From Allobaculum fili (lineage in GTDB: Bacteria > Bacillota_I > Bacilli_A > Erysipelotrichales > Erysipelotrichaceae): a stretch of 32,000 nucleotides of DNA. The stretch covers positions 58,051-90,050 of the forward strand of contig NZ_JAHDSX010000005.1 in assembly GCF_020969955.1 (NCBI RefSeq), read 5' to 3'. The notes under the pieces are model-generated. The model had not been told where the DNA came from. It was given only the letters and a program-made list of their open reading frames with translations, and ran no database searches. This document shows, one piece after another, positions 24,276-32,000 of this stretch (positions are counted from its first letter, which is position 1; each line of letters opens with the position of its first letter). A program made the position numbers and the translations under genes.

Positions 24276-25679
24276 TTACTTGCTCTTCTGGGCATTGCGT
24301 ACGACTTTTTCTGCCGATCTGAGCAGGCGAAGCTGATCTTCTCGGGTTTCCCATTCAGGATGGAGAATGACCTGATGCAGCACTTCGAGAAGAACATCCC
24401 GGCGCTGACTGCCCTGGAGATGCGTCTGGGCAATGACGTCATCGCCGTTGATTTTCAGCTCGGCGATGGTAAAGGGATGCCTGTCCTTTTCCTGTTCAAA
24501 ATAGGCGCGGAAGAGGTCAAGGCGTTCGCGTCGGTCCTTGGTCGCGTGCGCTTCAATGTCGGCTTCCTGCAAATCCATCAGCTTTTCAAACAGTGCCTTG
24601 GTATATCCTTTCTGGACCAGGATTCGATAGAGGCTCTGGTACGCGGGTCGAAAAAACGTATCGTGATCCGGGATCAGTTTCACCACGTCTTTCTGCAGCT
24701 GTTTTGGCAGCTTAAGACGGGAAAGAATGACTTTGGCGTGTCGGGCCGACGCCTGTTCGTGACCATGGAAATGGTCGCGGCCGTTTTCATCGTGGAAGCG
24801 CACATCCGGCTTGCCGCAGTCGTGCAGCAAAGCCGCCCAGAGCAGAACGGGATCGCGATGAGGCAAATAGCGCAGCACATCGATGGTATGCGTGAGCACC
24901 CCGCCGTAATGATACGGGGTACACTGCGGCGTACTGGCCATTACTTCCACTTCCGGAATCCAGGGTCGAAGCAGATCCGCCATCGGTTCGATCAGGCGTG
25001 GATCGTCGCGCAGAACCGTTTCGATCAGCGGCGCGACGCGCTCTGCAGCCAGTGTGGAAGAAAGAGCGCTTTTTTCATGAATGGCTTTGAGCGTGTTTTC
25101 TTCGATCGTGCCCTGAAGCCGGGCCGCGAAAGCCCAGGCGCGAAACATGCGAAGGGCATCTTCTTCAAAACGCCCTTTCGGATCGCCGACCGCCCGGATC
25201 TGGCGTTTTTTCAAATCATCGATACCGCCGTACGGATCGATCAGCCCTTTTTCGGGATGATAGGCCATGGCGTTAATGGTAAAGTCGCGGCGGGCGAGAT
25301 CTTCACGAATATCGCGGGTAAAGGAAACCGCGTCCGGATGGCGATGATCGCGATACGTCCCTTCTTTACGCATCGTCGTCACCTCGATCGGACAGCCGTC
25401 CTGCAAAACGGTAACGGTGCCATGTTCGATTCCCGTGGGAACGACGTGTTCGAAACGGGCCATCACCTGTTCGGGACGGAGCGTCGTCGTGATGTCATAA
25501 TCGTTTGGCGCGATCCCGCGCAGGCTGTCGCGTACGCAGCCGCCGACCAGCCACGCTTCTTCGCCATTGGCGTTCAGCGTATCGAGTACCTTCTGTACCG
25601 GCTCAGGAATGGGCAGCTGAAAGAGGCATGCAGCCCCGGGATTGAGCGTGTCTTCTTTTTTTCCGATTTCTTTTTCCAT
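24276..25679 (-). CDS. cca: CCA tRNA nucleotidyltransferase (CCA-adding enzyme) with HD domain
   Basis: 467 aa. PolyA-pol head GGCVRDSLRG..NDYDITT, RRDFTINAM, and an HD motif ALLHDCGKP. RBS AAGGAG. Confidence 0.9.
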   Translation of the reverse strand: MEKEIGKKEDTLNPGAACLFQLPIPEPVQKVLDTLNANGEEAWLVGGCVRDSLRGIAPNDYDITTTLRPEQVMARFEHVVPTGIEHGTVTVLQDGCPIEVTTMRKEGTYRDHRHPDAVSFTRDIREDLARRDFTINAMAYHPEKGLIDPYGGIDDLKKRQIRAVGDPKGRFEEDALRMFRAWAFAARLQGTIEENTLKAIHEKSALSSTLAAERVAPLIETVLRDDPRLIEPMADLLRPWIPEVEVMASTPQCTPYHYGGVLTHTIDVLRYLPHRDPVLLWAALLHDCGKPDVRFHDENGRDHFHGHEQASARHAKVILSRLKLPKQLQKDVVKLIPDHDTFFRPAYQSLYRILVQKGYTKALFEKLMDLQEADIEAHATKDRRERLDLFRAYFEQEKDRHPFTIAELKINGDDVIAQTHLQGSQRRDVLLEVLHQVILHPEWETREDQLRLLRSAEKVVRNAQKSK

Positions 25680-25881
25680 ATCGACGGCTCCTTTCTTCGT
25701 TTTCTGTATAGCTTTGCGCCCTAAATTTCTGACTTCACTTTATCATGCGGCTGTTTTCACTTTATCACGGGGAAATGCCCGTGACGATCTCTGCATTTTC
25801 GGTTTAAGCCGGAATAGCTGTACACCCTCCGGCGGCAGAAAAATCGTTCCGGAAAAGACGATTTGTCCTGCGCCCGGGCAT

Positions 25882-25906
25882 AAAAAAATCCCTCCAGAAA
25901 GAGGGA
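25882..25906 (-). terminator. Intrinsic terminator of small membrane-protein gene
   Basis: On the minus strand: TCCCTC-TTTCTG-GAGGGA, followed by 7 U. Confidence 0.6.
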
Positions 25907-25937
25907 CATATCATTCGGGATCAATACGGTATGCGGC

Positions 25938-26186
25938 TTACGAGCGGCTTCTGGAACATTTTGCGGCGAAGCTTGCAACCGCGCTGGCCAGGCATACGAA
26001 GAGAAGCGCCCAGCCGCAGGGGACCAGGAAGAAAGGTTCATGAAGAACTCCCTGGGCATCCAGTGTTGAGCCGATCAGGGCGAAGAGTCCAAAGCAGAGT
26101 ACGGCTGCGATTCCGGAAATCAGTGCCGTCCATTCCCAGACTCTGGAAGCTGAGTGTTTTCCCGATCTGGCAAGGTTTGCGTTCAT
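25938..26186 (-). CDS. Small two-TM membrane protein (possibly DUF3955-like)
   Basis: 82 aa. Strong RBS AGGAGG 7 nt before the ATG. There are two hydrophobic helices and a GVLHEPFFLVPCGW motif. It has its own terminator. Confidence 0.55.
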   Translation of the reverse strand: MNANLARSGKHSASRVWEWTALISGIAAVLCFGLFALIGSTLDAQGVLHEPFFLVPCGWALLFVCLASAVASFAAKCSRSRS

Positions 26187-26364
26187 AGGTATTTCCTCCT
26201 TTTTTTTCTGGGAAATCTAAGTCTACGATACCGATCCAGGAGATTCGAGACAGACGCTCCCATCTTTTCGCACCATGGGAGAGCTCCTGTCGATATCGAC
26301 CCTCTACTCTAGTCATCTTCGTTCGAAAAGGTATTGCTTTGCCTGAGATTTTTCGAGACGCAAA

Positions 26365-26410
26365 CGAAAAAGCTTCTGTGCAGAGATTCGCATACGCCTG
26401 CACAGAAGCT
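26365..26410 (-). terminator. Intrinsic terminator of tldD-pmbA-sseB-like operon
   Basis: 13-bp stem AGCTTCTGTGCAG (26371-26383) / CTGCACAGAAGCT (26398-26410). A U-run follows on the minus strand. Confidence 0.8.
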
Positions 26411-26453
26411 TTCGGTTTTTGAGTGTTTTTTAGATGCAGCGATGGGTCTTAAA

Positions 26454-27227
26454 CTAGAACGCGCGCACGTAAATCGGTTTGGAAGTACGGGCGATATCCT
26501 GTCCGAGCTTGGAATCGCTGAACATGAATTCGAGTTCCTGATCTTTTACGACGCCGCGGATGGCCGCAGTCAGACGTGTGAAAATACCAGTGTCTTTTTC
26601 GTTGGCATCCACCAGGATGAACAGCGTTGTATCCGGTTTGTTCGGATCTTTCAGACGCTCCTTCATGTAAATGGCGTTGATCGCCTTGTCATGGAAGCCG
26701 GCTGAAATCAGAGCCGCTTCGAGATCCTGCTGGTCGCCCGTAAGGTCGCGCAGGTATACGTTACTGTTCTGGGCCAGGTTTTCCTGTTTGAGCGGTGTCT
26801 TGTAGGCATCCGCAAAACCGATCAGGAAATCGGACGGGAAGCGTACGTTTACGCCAGCCGGGTCAACGACAATGCCGTCGACATCGCCTTTCGCGCTTCT
26901 TACCATCGGCAGGAACTGTTCCGAAGAAAGCAGCAGGCAGTTTACGCCCGGTTCGCCGAAAGCGTTTTTCATTTCGGCAACACTGGTGAATACCGGGAAC
27001 ATTTTCGTTCCGTCCTGACTTGCAGCCGTCATAAATGCCATTTTGGCATCTTTCGGGAACTGAATTTTTCCGTTCTCCAGTTTGGTCGGTTCCTTATCCC
27101 ATTTGGCAGGGACATACACACGGGTATCCATGAGCGCCTGTCCTGCTTTGAGCAGGTCTTCGTCCGCATGGGTTTCCTTCATTCGGACAAGCGCTTCGAG
27201 CAGAATGTCGTTCTGATATTGTTCCAT
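26454..27227 (-). CDS. SseB-family protein (SseB N- and C-terminal domains)
   Basis: 257 aa. The N-terminal pattern is RVYVP...MFPVFTSVAEM...VDGIVVDPAGVNVRF. A second domain (VYLRDL...TLFILVDANEKD) fits my memory of the SseB/SseB_C families. The ATG lies 2 nt after the pmbA stop. Confidence 0.6.
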   Translation of the reverse strand: MEQYQNDILLEALVRMKETHADEDLLKAGQALMDTRVYVPAKWDKEPTKLENGKIQFPKDAKMAFMTAASQDGTKMFPVFTSVAEMKNAFGEPGVNCLLLSSEQFLPMVRSAKGDVDGIVVDPAGVNVRFPSDFLIGFADAYKTPLKQENLAQNSNVYLRDLTGDQQDLEAALISAGFHDKAINAIYMKERLKDPNKPDTTLFILVDANEKDTGIFTRLTAAIRGVVKDQELEFMFSDSKLGQDIARTSKPIYVRAF

Positions 27228-27229
27228 AA

Positions 27230-28558
27230 TTATTCTTCATTTCCTCCAACAGCAGCTTCCTCGAAGAGAATGGATGGAGCGGCTGTGCTGCGCATTTCCC
27301 ATTTCAGGTCATCGCCGACAGCCTCTACATGATTCATCAGATCGATAAAGTTTCCGGCTACAGTAATCAGAGTCAGCGGACGAACTTTCCGGCCGTTTTC
27401 CACCAGATAGCCCTTGGCCTGTAAAGAAAAGTTCGTACTGACAAAATCAATGCCGGCATGCATTCCCGCAAGTTCGCTGATCACTACACCATTGTCCATT
27501 TTTTTCAAAAGAGAGTCAAAAGAATTCGGGCCCGACACAATATAAAGGTTCATGCTGGAAACGGTAGTTGCACCGCCGCCGGAACGGAATCCGTTGCCGG
27601 TGGATTCGGCATCCATTTTCAGCGCAGACTTGGTGTTGTGGAGAACGGTTTCAAAAACGCCGTCGCGAACGACTGTTTTTGTATATGTCGGACGGCCTTC
27701 GTCGTCATAGTTCCGTAAGAAGAGCGCGTCTTCATTGCGCGGATCGTCCACGATCGTGATCTGATCCGAGAAGATTTTCTGGCCGACCTTGCCGCATAAC
27801 GGCGAAATGCCGCGGGCGATCGACGTACCGTAAAACATCCCTTCCAGGCAGGAGAAGAGCGTCGACATGGCTTCGTTGTTGAAGATGACTTTGCAGGTGC
27901 GGCTGCTCAGCGATTTGGCGCCGATCTGGTCCTGCACGCGCGTAACCAGACGCTTTACGAACGCGTCCTGATCGAAATCATCGAGATCGTAGACGATTTC
28001 TACACGGTAGTCGTCATATACTTCCCCGTTATCGCGCATCGTAATCTGCGCGGCGATCACCTGATACTGGTAGGCGCTGGACACTTCCGTCCCCAGCGAG
28101 TTGGTCAGCTCGCTGCTCACTTCGGCGCTTTCAAAAGAAAGTTCATTGACCAGACTGACGCGGCTGTCGGCAGCCAGAAGCTTGTCTTCCAGAGACGCGA
28201 GCACTTCCTTAATGTGCGCCGGATCGGCCGGTTTCCAGGTCTTTTTCGAAATGGTCTCTTCGCATTCCATCGGTCCGACAAGAACGTCCTTTTCCGATTC
28301 CGAAATGCGGTCGGCATTATCGCGAAGCTGACCGAGAATTTCGTCCATGTCTTCGTCTTCGATTTTTTCGAGCGATGTCGAAACGATTTTTCCATTGGCC
28401 ATGGCGCGCAGCGAAGTGGAAAGAATACGGGATGTCGTAAACGAATCCATCGTATGGTCAAACCACTGCAGAGAACGGGACGTCTGCCGCGTCTGCGCGA
28501 TTTCGAGGCCTTCCAGTCCAAGCTGGGCTGACCGTTCAATCCATGCCTGCTTATTCAT
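27230..28558 (-). CDS. pmbA: TldE/PmbA-family metalloprotease subunit
   Basis: 442 aa of the TldD/PmbA family, lacking the HExxxH motif. It overlaps the tldD stop by 8 nt. Confidence 0.85.
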   Translation of the reverse strand: MNKQAWIERSAQLGLEGLEIAQTRQTSRSLQWFDHTMDSFTTSRILSTSLRAMANGKIVSTSLEKIEDEDMDEILGQLRDNADRISESEKDVLVGPMECEETISKKTWKPADPAHIKEVLASLEDKLLAADSRVSLVNELSFESAEVSSELTNSLGTEVSSAYQYQVIAAQITMRDNGEVYDDYRVEIVYDLDDFDQDAFVKRLVTRVQDQIGAKSLSSRTCKVIFNNEAMSTLFSCLEGMFYGTSIARGISPLCGKVGQKIFSDQITIVDDPRNEDALFLRNYDDEGRPTYTKTVVRDGVFETVLHNTKSALKMDAESTGNGFRSGGGATTVSSMNLYIVSGPNSFDSLLKKMDNGVVISELAGMHAGIDFVSTNFSLQAKGYLVENGRKVRPLTLITVAGNFIDLMNHVEAVGDDLKWEMRSTAAPSILFEEAAVGGNEE

Positions 28559-29954
28559 TTGCGGTACCTCCTACAGTAATGGAGCTGACCCGGATGGCCG
28601 GCTGGCCGACATTGGTCGGAATCGATCCGGAAACCGATCCGCACATACCCTGCGCGAGTTCCAGGTTGTCGCTGACCATATCAATGTTCTGAAGAATTTC
28701 TGCACCGCTTCCGATCAGCATGGCGCCGATAACGGGATCGGTGATTTTTCCGTCTTCAATCAGGTAGCCTTCGTTTACGCCGAAGTTGAATTCACCGGTG
28801 TTCGGATTGACCGAACCGCCGCCCATCGAACGGCAGTACAGACCGAAGGAAATGTCCTTGAACATGTCTTCTTTCTTATCCGTTCCCGGTGCGATGAACG
28901 TATTGCTCATGCGGCTAGTCGGTTCGTACTTGTACGATTCGCGACGGCCGCTTCCCGAAGACGGCGTATTCATGCGGCGGCCGTTAAGACGGTCAACCAT
29001 GTACTGGGTCAGAACGCCGTGATCGATCAGCAGTCGTTTCTGCTGCGGGTTGCCTTCGTCATCCATGTTCTGGGAACCCCATTCGCCCGGAATCGTTCCA
29101 TCGTCCCAGGCGCTGACTTTTTCGCTGGCGATTTTTTCGCCTTTCCGGTTGGAAAATACCGAAAGTTTTTTGGCGACGCTGGTCGCTTCAAGGGAATGGC
29201 CGCAGGCTTCGTGGAAAATGACGCCGCCAAAGCCGTTATCAATAATGACCGGCATCACACCGCTGGGCGCCGGTTTGGCGCGAAGCAGTACGAGGGCAAT
29301 TCGAGCCGCCTCTTTCGCCATCTCTTCTGGCGAATGGTCACCTTCAAAATATTCGAGGCCTTTGGAAGCGCCCGGTGCAGTGTAGGCGGACTGCACATTG
29401 TCGCCTTCGCGCGCATACGCCTGAACGGCCATACGGCTTCTCTGTCTTGTATCCGCCTTGAACAGACCGTCCGAATTGGCGATCTGCACGTCCTGATGAA
29501 TGGACGACAGCGAAGCGCTGGCTTTAAAAATCCGTTCATCATAGCCGCGGGCCGTCTTGATGGCCCGATCGAGCAGAGCGAGTTTTTTCTCGTCTTCCGT
29601 CTTGAACGGGTCCTGTTCGACTGGGGAAATGTTTTCCGCCCGGCTCAGTTCATTCAGAACGACGTTTTTTCCCTCTTCTTTTTTCCCGATGGCGCTTCGC
29701 AGATCGTCTACGATGCCCTCGAGAACTTCCATATCCATTTCATCGGTGTAGCCGTAAACCGATGAAGTTCCTTTATACAGACGAATCCCCGCTCCGGCGC
29801 GTACGCTCGCGCTGATATTCTCAACGTTGTCATCGAGCTGCGTCATCGACTGCGTGTGGGTTTCTTCTTCAAAAATCTCCGCAAAATCCGCTTCCGATTT
29901 CATGGCGCGGTTCAGGAGTACTTCTACTTGTTCTTTTTTGAGCATTTTTATCAC
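28551..29954 (-). CDS. tldD: TldD-family metalloprotease subunit
   Basis: 467 aa. Metal motif HEACGHSLE, and a Gly-rich C-terminus GMCGS.SG. RBS GAGGAG. Confidence 0.9.
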   Translation of the reverse strand: MIKMLKKEQVEVLLNRAMKSEADFAEIFEEETHTQSMTQLDDNVENISASVRAGAGIRLYKGTSSVYGYTDEMDMEVLEGIVDDLRSAIGKKEEGKNVVLNELSRAENISPVEQDPFKTEDEKKLALLDRAIKTARGYDERIFKASASLSSIHQDVQIANSDGLFKADTRQRSRMAVQAYAREGDNVQSAYTAPGASKGLEYFEGDHSPEEMAKEAARIALVLLRAKPAPSGVMPVIIDNGFGGVIFHEACGHSLEATSVAKKLSVFSNRKGEKIASEKVSAWDDGTIPGEWGSQNMDDEGNPQQKRLLIDHGVLTQYMVDRLNGRRMNTPSSGSGRRESYKYEPTSRMSNTFIAPGTDKKEDMFKDISFGLYCRSMGGGSVNPNTGEFNFGVNEGYLIEDGKITDPVIGAMLIGSGAEILQNIDMVSDNLELAQGMCGSVSGSIPTNVGQPAIRVSSITVGGTANE

Positions 29955-30118
29955 TCCTCTATCTTTTCAGTATACCGCAGGACACAAGCCCTCTTCCACA
30001 AGGGGCAGAGCGGCCTGGATCTGCCGGTGCTTTCTGTCCATTCGGCTATAAATTCGTATTACGTTCTCATTTTATAGCCTTCTATATTTTATTTTTTTCT
30101 TTTTTTTGTTTTTCCTGT

Positions 30119-30147
30119 TTGCATCTCAGAGGTTTTTCTTATAGTAT
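30119..30147 (+). promoter_or_regulatory. Putative promoter P1 of tRNA cluster
   Basis: TTGCAT (30119-30124), a 17-nt spacer, then TAGTAT (30142-30147), preceded by a T-rich UP-like tract. A second candidate has TTGACA at 30159-30164 and TCATAT at 30183-30188. Confidence 0.5.
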
Positions 30148-30197
30148 GAATAAGCTGTTTGACAGCAATAAAGATTTTCAAGTCATATTCAAACTTT

Positions 30198-30274
<77 letters not shown>

Positions 30275-30279
30275 TTTAT

Positions 30280-30356
30280 CGGGACGTAGCACAGCTTGGT
30301 AGTGCACCTGGTTTGGGACCAGGGGGTCGCAGGTTCGAATCCTGTCGTCCCGACCA
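30280..30356 (+). tRNA. tRNA-Pro (anticodon TGG), CCA encoded
   Basis: Acceptor CGGGACG/CGTCCCG, anticodon stem CCTGG/CCAGG, loop TTTGGGA, T-loop GTTCGAA. Confidence 0.9.
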
Positions 30357-30368
30357 TTTTATTATTTT

Positions 30369-30445
30369 GGCTAGGTAGCTTAGTTGGCTAGAGCATCCGG
30401 TTCATACCCGGAAGGTCGTGAGTTCGAGTCTCACCCTAGCCACCA
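30369..30445 (+). tRNA. tRNA-Met elongator (anticodon CAT), CCA encoded
   Basis: Acceptor GGCTAGG/CCTAGCC, anticodon stem TCCGG/CCGGA. The loop TTCATAC matches Bacillus elongator tRNA-Met. Confidence 0.8.
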
Positions 30446-30467
30446 TTTCTTATGTTTTATTTTTCAT

Positions 30468-30544
30468 GGACCCTTAGCGCAGTTGGTAAGAGCAGCTGGC
30501 TCATAACCGGATGGTCGCGGGTTCAAGTCCTGCAGGGTCCACCA
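30468..30544 (+). tRNA. tRNA-Ile2 (anticodon CAT, lysidine-modified type), CCA encoded
   Basis: Acceptor GGACCCT/AGGGTCC, loop CTCATAA. The overall sequence closely resembles Bacillus tRNA-Ile(CAU), and the anticodon stem lacks a GGG/CCC motif. Confidence 0.7.
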
Positions 30545-30615
30545 GTTACCTACAGTCCTTAAGGAATGTTGTTGCAGGAGCACCGATTGATTTCTGAAAA
30601 AAGTGATAAAATTTC

Positions 30616-30644
30616 TTGCATCCAGTCATCCTTTCGGTTATTAT
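30616..30644 (+). promoter_or_regulatory. Putative internal promoter ahead of tRNA-fMet/tRNA-Phe
   Basis: TTGCAT (30616-30621), a 17-nt spacer, then TATTAT (30639-30644), 13 nt before the tRNA-fMet 5' end. Confidence 0.5.
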
Positions 30645-30656
30645 ATCTAAGCACAT

Positions 30657-30733
<77 letters not shown>

Positions 30734-30736
30734 TGT

Positions 30737-30812
30737 GGTCTCTTAGCTCAGTTGGTAGAGCAAAGGACTGAAAATCCTTGTGTCGTTGGTTCGATTCCGA
30801 CAGAGACCACCA
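30737..30812 (+). tRNA. tRNA-Phe (anticodon GAA), CCA encoded
   Basis: Acceptor GGTCTCT/AGAGACC, anticodon stem AAGGA/TCCTT, loop CTGAAAA. Confidence 0.9.
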
Positions 30813-30824
30813 CTTTGTAAATCA

Positions 30825-30851
30825 CGCACCCAATTCGGGGTGCGTTTTTTT
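30825..30851 (+). terminator. Intrinsic terminator of tRNA cluster
   Basis: CGCACCC / GGGTGCG stem, followed by TTTTTTT. Confidence 0.85.
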
Positions 30852-30930
30852 ATGCCCGGTTCTGGTCATAGCCTTGCCCTCTTCATTCGACCCAGAATAC
30901 CGAAATCTTAAATTCTCTTCCATACAGACA

Positions 30931-30964
30931 AGGCCCCGGAATCCATAGACAGGATCCGGGGCCT
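30931..30964. terminator. Long GC-rich hairpin, probable gpmA terminator
   Basis: AGGCCCCGGA (30931-30940) / TCCGGGGCCT (30955-30964), plus 3 inner pairs. It lies 70 nt after the gpmA stop. The U-tract on the minus strand is poor. Confidence 0.45.
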
Positions 30965-31035
30965 CTATTCTTCTGCTATTCTTCGATTTTTATTCAAGTT
31001 TTCTGTCTGTTTTCGCTTTTCTGGATCGAGCTTAC

Positions 31036-31794
31036 CTATCCGATTCGTCCGGCACGCTTTGCAACTTCTTCCGGATCCGCCAGGCACTCAATTTTGTCCA
31101 GCTTTCCCTTCTCGTCAAACGTGCAGATCATCGGAACGCCCGTTGGCGGTTCATAGATCAGGGAAATGCCAAGATCGCGTTCGACGTCTTTCAAGTCCTT
31201 ATTGGCGTCTTCAATCAAATATTTCAGCAAAACGCCAAGGATGTTTCCATGCGCCGCAATCAGTACGGTCTGCTCCTTTTCCAGACAGGGGACGACTTGT
31301 TCCCTGTAAAACGGAACGATTCGATCCATCGCCATCTGCATAGATTCGCCAAGCGGCAGCTGTTCTTTCGGTACATCCGCATATTCCGAAGACTGTCCAG
31401 GGGTGCGCGGATCATCTGGATCGAGCAGTGGTACCTTTGCGTCGAGTTTGCTGCGCCAGGCATCCACTCTGGCTTTTCCATATCTGGCAATTGTTTCCGC
31501 CTGGGTGTGACCCTGCAGCGCCCCATAGCTTCGCTCATTGATGTGCCACCTGCGCGTTACCGGCATTTCTTTCTGATCGAGTTCATTCAGCACATGATCG
31601 AGCGTCTGATTGGCGCGTTTGAGCCGCGAAGTGAAGGCCCGATCGATCTGGATGCCTTCTTCTTTCATCCTTTTACCGGCTTCTATAGCTTCTCGGTGTC
31701 CTTCTGGACTCAGATTCACATTCGACCAGCCGGTAAACCGTTTTTCCTTATTCCATTCGCTTTCGCCATGACGAAGCAGGATCAGTCGTTTCAT
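31036..31794 (-). CDS. gpmA: 2,3-bisphosphoglycerate-dependent phosphoglycerate mutase
   Basis: I set the start at MKRLILLRHGESEWN, with GGGGA 8 nt upstream. The ORF track adds 8 aa (to 31818). Histidine-phosphatase motifs are RHGES and ...AAHGN. Confidence 0.9.
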   Translation of the reverse strand: MKRLILLRHGESEWNKEKRFTGWSNVNLSPEGHREAIEAGKRMKEEGIQIDRAFTSRLKRANQTLDHVLNELDQKEMPVTRRWHINERSYGALQGHTQAETIARYGKARVDAWRSKLDAKVPLLDPDDPRTPGQSSEYADVPKEQLPLGESMQMAMDRIVPFYREQVVPCLEKEQTVLIAAHGNILGVLLKYLIEDANKDLKDVERDLGISLIYEPPTGVPMICTFDEKGKLDKIECLADPEEVAKRAGRIG

Positions 31795-31857
31795 ACCGCA
31801 ATTCCCCTTTGATTCCATACGTCTGTCCGGACGTATCGCCTGTCCGATATCCTCCCC

Positions 31858-31885
31858 AGCATAGCGACTCTTCCGTAAGTGTCAA
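31858..31885 (-). promoter_or_regulatory. Putative gpmA promoter
   Basis: On the minus strand: TTGACA (31885-31880), a 16-nt spacer, then TATGCT (31863-31858). Confidence 0.55.
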
Positions 31886-31967
31886 ACAATCGACGGGTAT
31901 ACGCGAGACTGAATATTAGATACGCTAAACGGGATCCCTTTCGAGATCCCGCTTGGCGTATTTTTTA

Positions 31968-32000
31968 TTCTTCATCGTTTTCTTCATACTTCGGATCCGG
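31968..32000 (-). CDS. Possible 3' end of a minus-strand CDS running off the window (…PDPKYEENDEE*)
   Basis: The frame is open to the window edge and ends in TAA at 31968-31970. A hairpin follows, CGGGATC-TCGAAAG-GGATCCCG (31932-31952). Only 10 codons are visible. Confidence 0.2.

Overview
This is a mostly minus-strand, housekeeping chromosomal segment of a moderately GC-rich, Firmicutes/Clostridia-like genome. The taxon is only a guess from gene content, Shine-Dalgarno (SD) sequences and tRNA types.

Gene order along the window:
- Fructose PTS operon fruR-fruK-fruA, with fruA split by an apparent 1-nt frameshift.
- An Ltp-type surface lipoprotein (+).
- De novo pyrimidine cluster pyrB-pyrC-carA-carB-pyrK-pyrD. 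A strong terminator and a ~0.2-kb structured spacer follow, then pyrF plus a compact formate/nitrite-transporter-family (FNT) gene. No pyrE or pyrR is in the window.
- A secreted EndA/NucA-type nuclease.
- A CBS-domain protein and a CNNM/CorC-type transporter (+).
- A MATE efflux pump, a cupin-type glucose-6-P isomerase homolog, a YtqB/MnmM-like methyltransferase, rmuC, cca and a small membrane protein.
- A translationally coupled tldD-pmbA-sseB-like operon.
- A six-tRNA cluster (Arg-Pro-Met-Ile2-fMet-Phe, +), then gpmA.

I see no CRISPR array, transposase or integrase, prophage block, toxin-antitoxin pair or recognisable defence island. This looks like a core region, not an accessory one.

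The most unusual unexplained structure is an ~0.8-kb array of diverged ~276-bp tandem repeats. It fills the whole spacer upstream of the pyrB promoter (15434-16233). The promoter itself appears to be the last unit of the array. Possible degenerate relatives lie in two other intergenic regions.

Other second-look items:
- the fruA frameshift
- pyrF paired with an FNT channel instead of pyrE
- the tldD-pmbA-sseB coupling
- an orphan Ltp (superinfection-exclusion type) lipoprotein
- a perfect 17-bp duplication at the pyrC/carA junction
- several 10-bp-period short repeats

All functional calls come from my reading of the translated ORFs. No database search was run.
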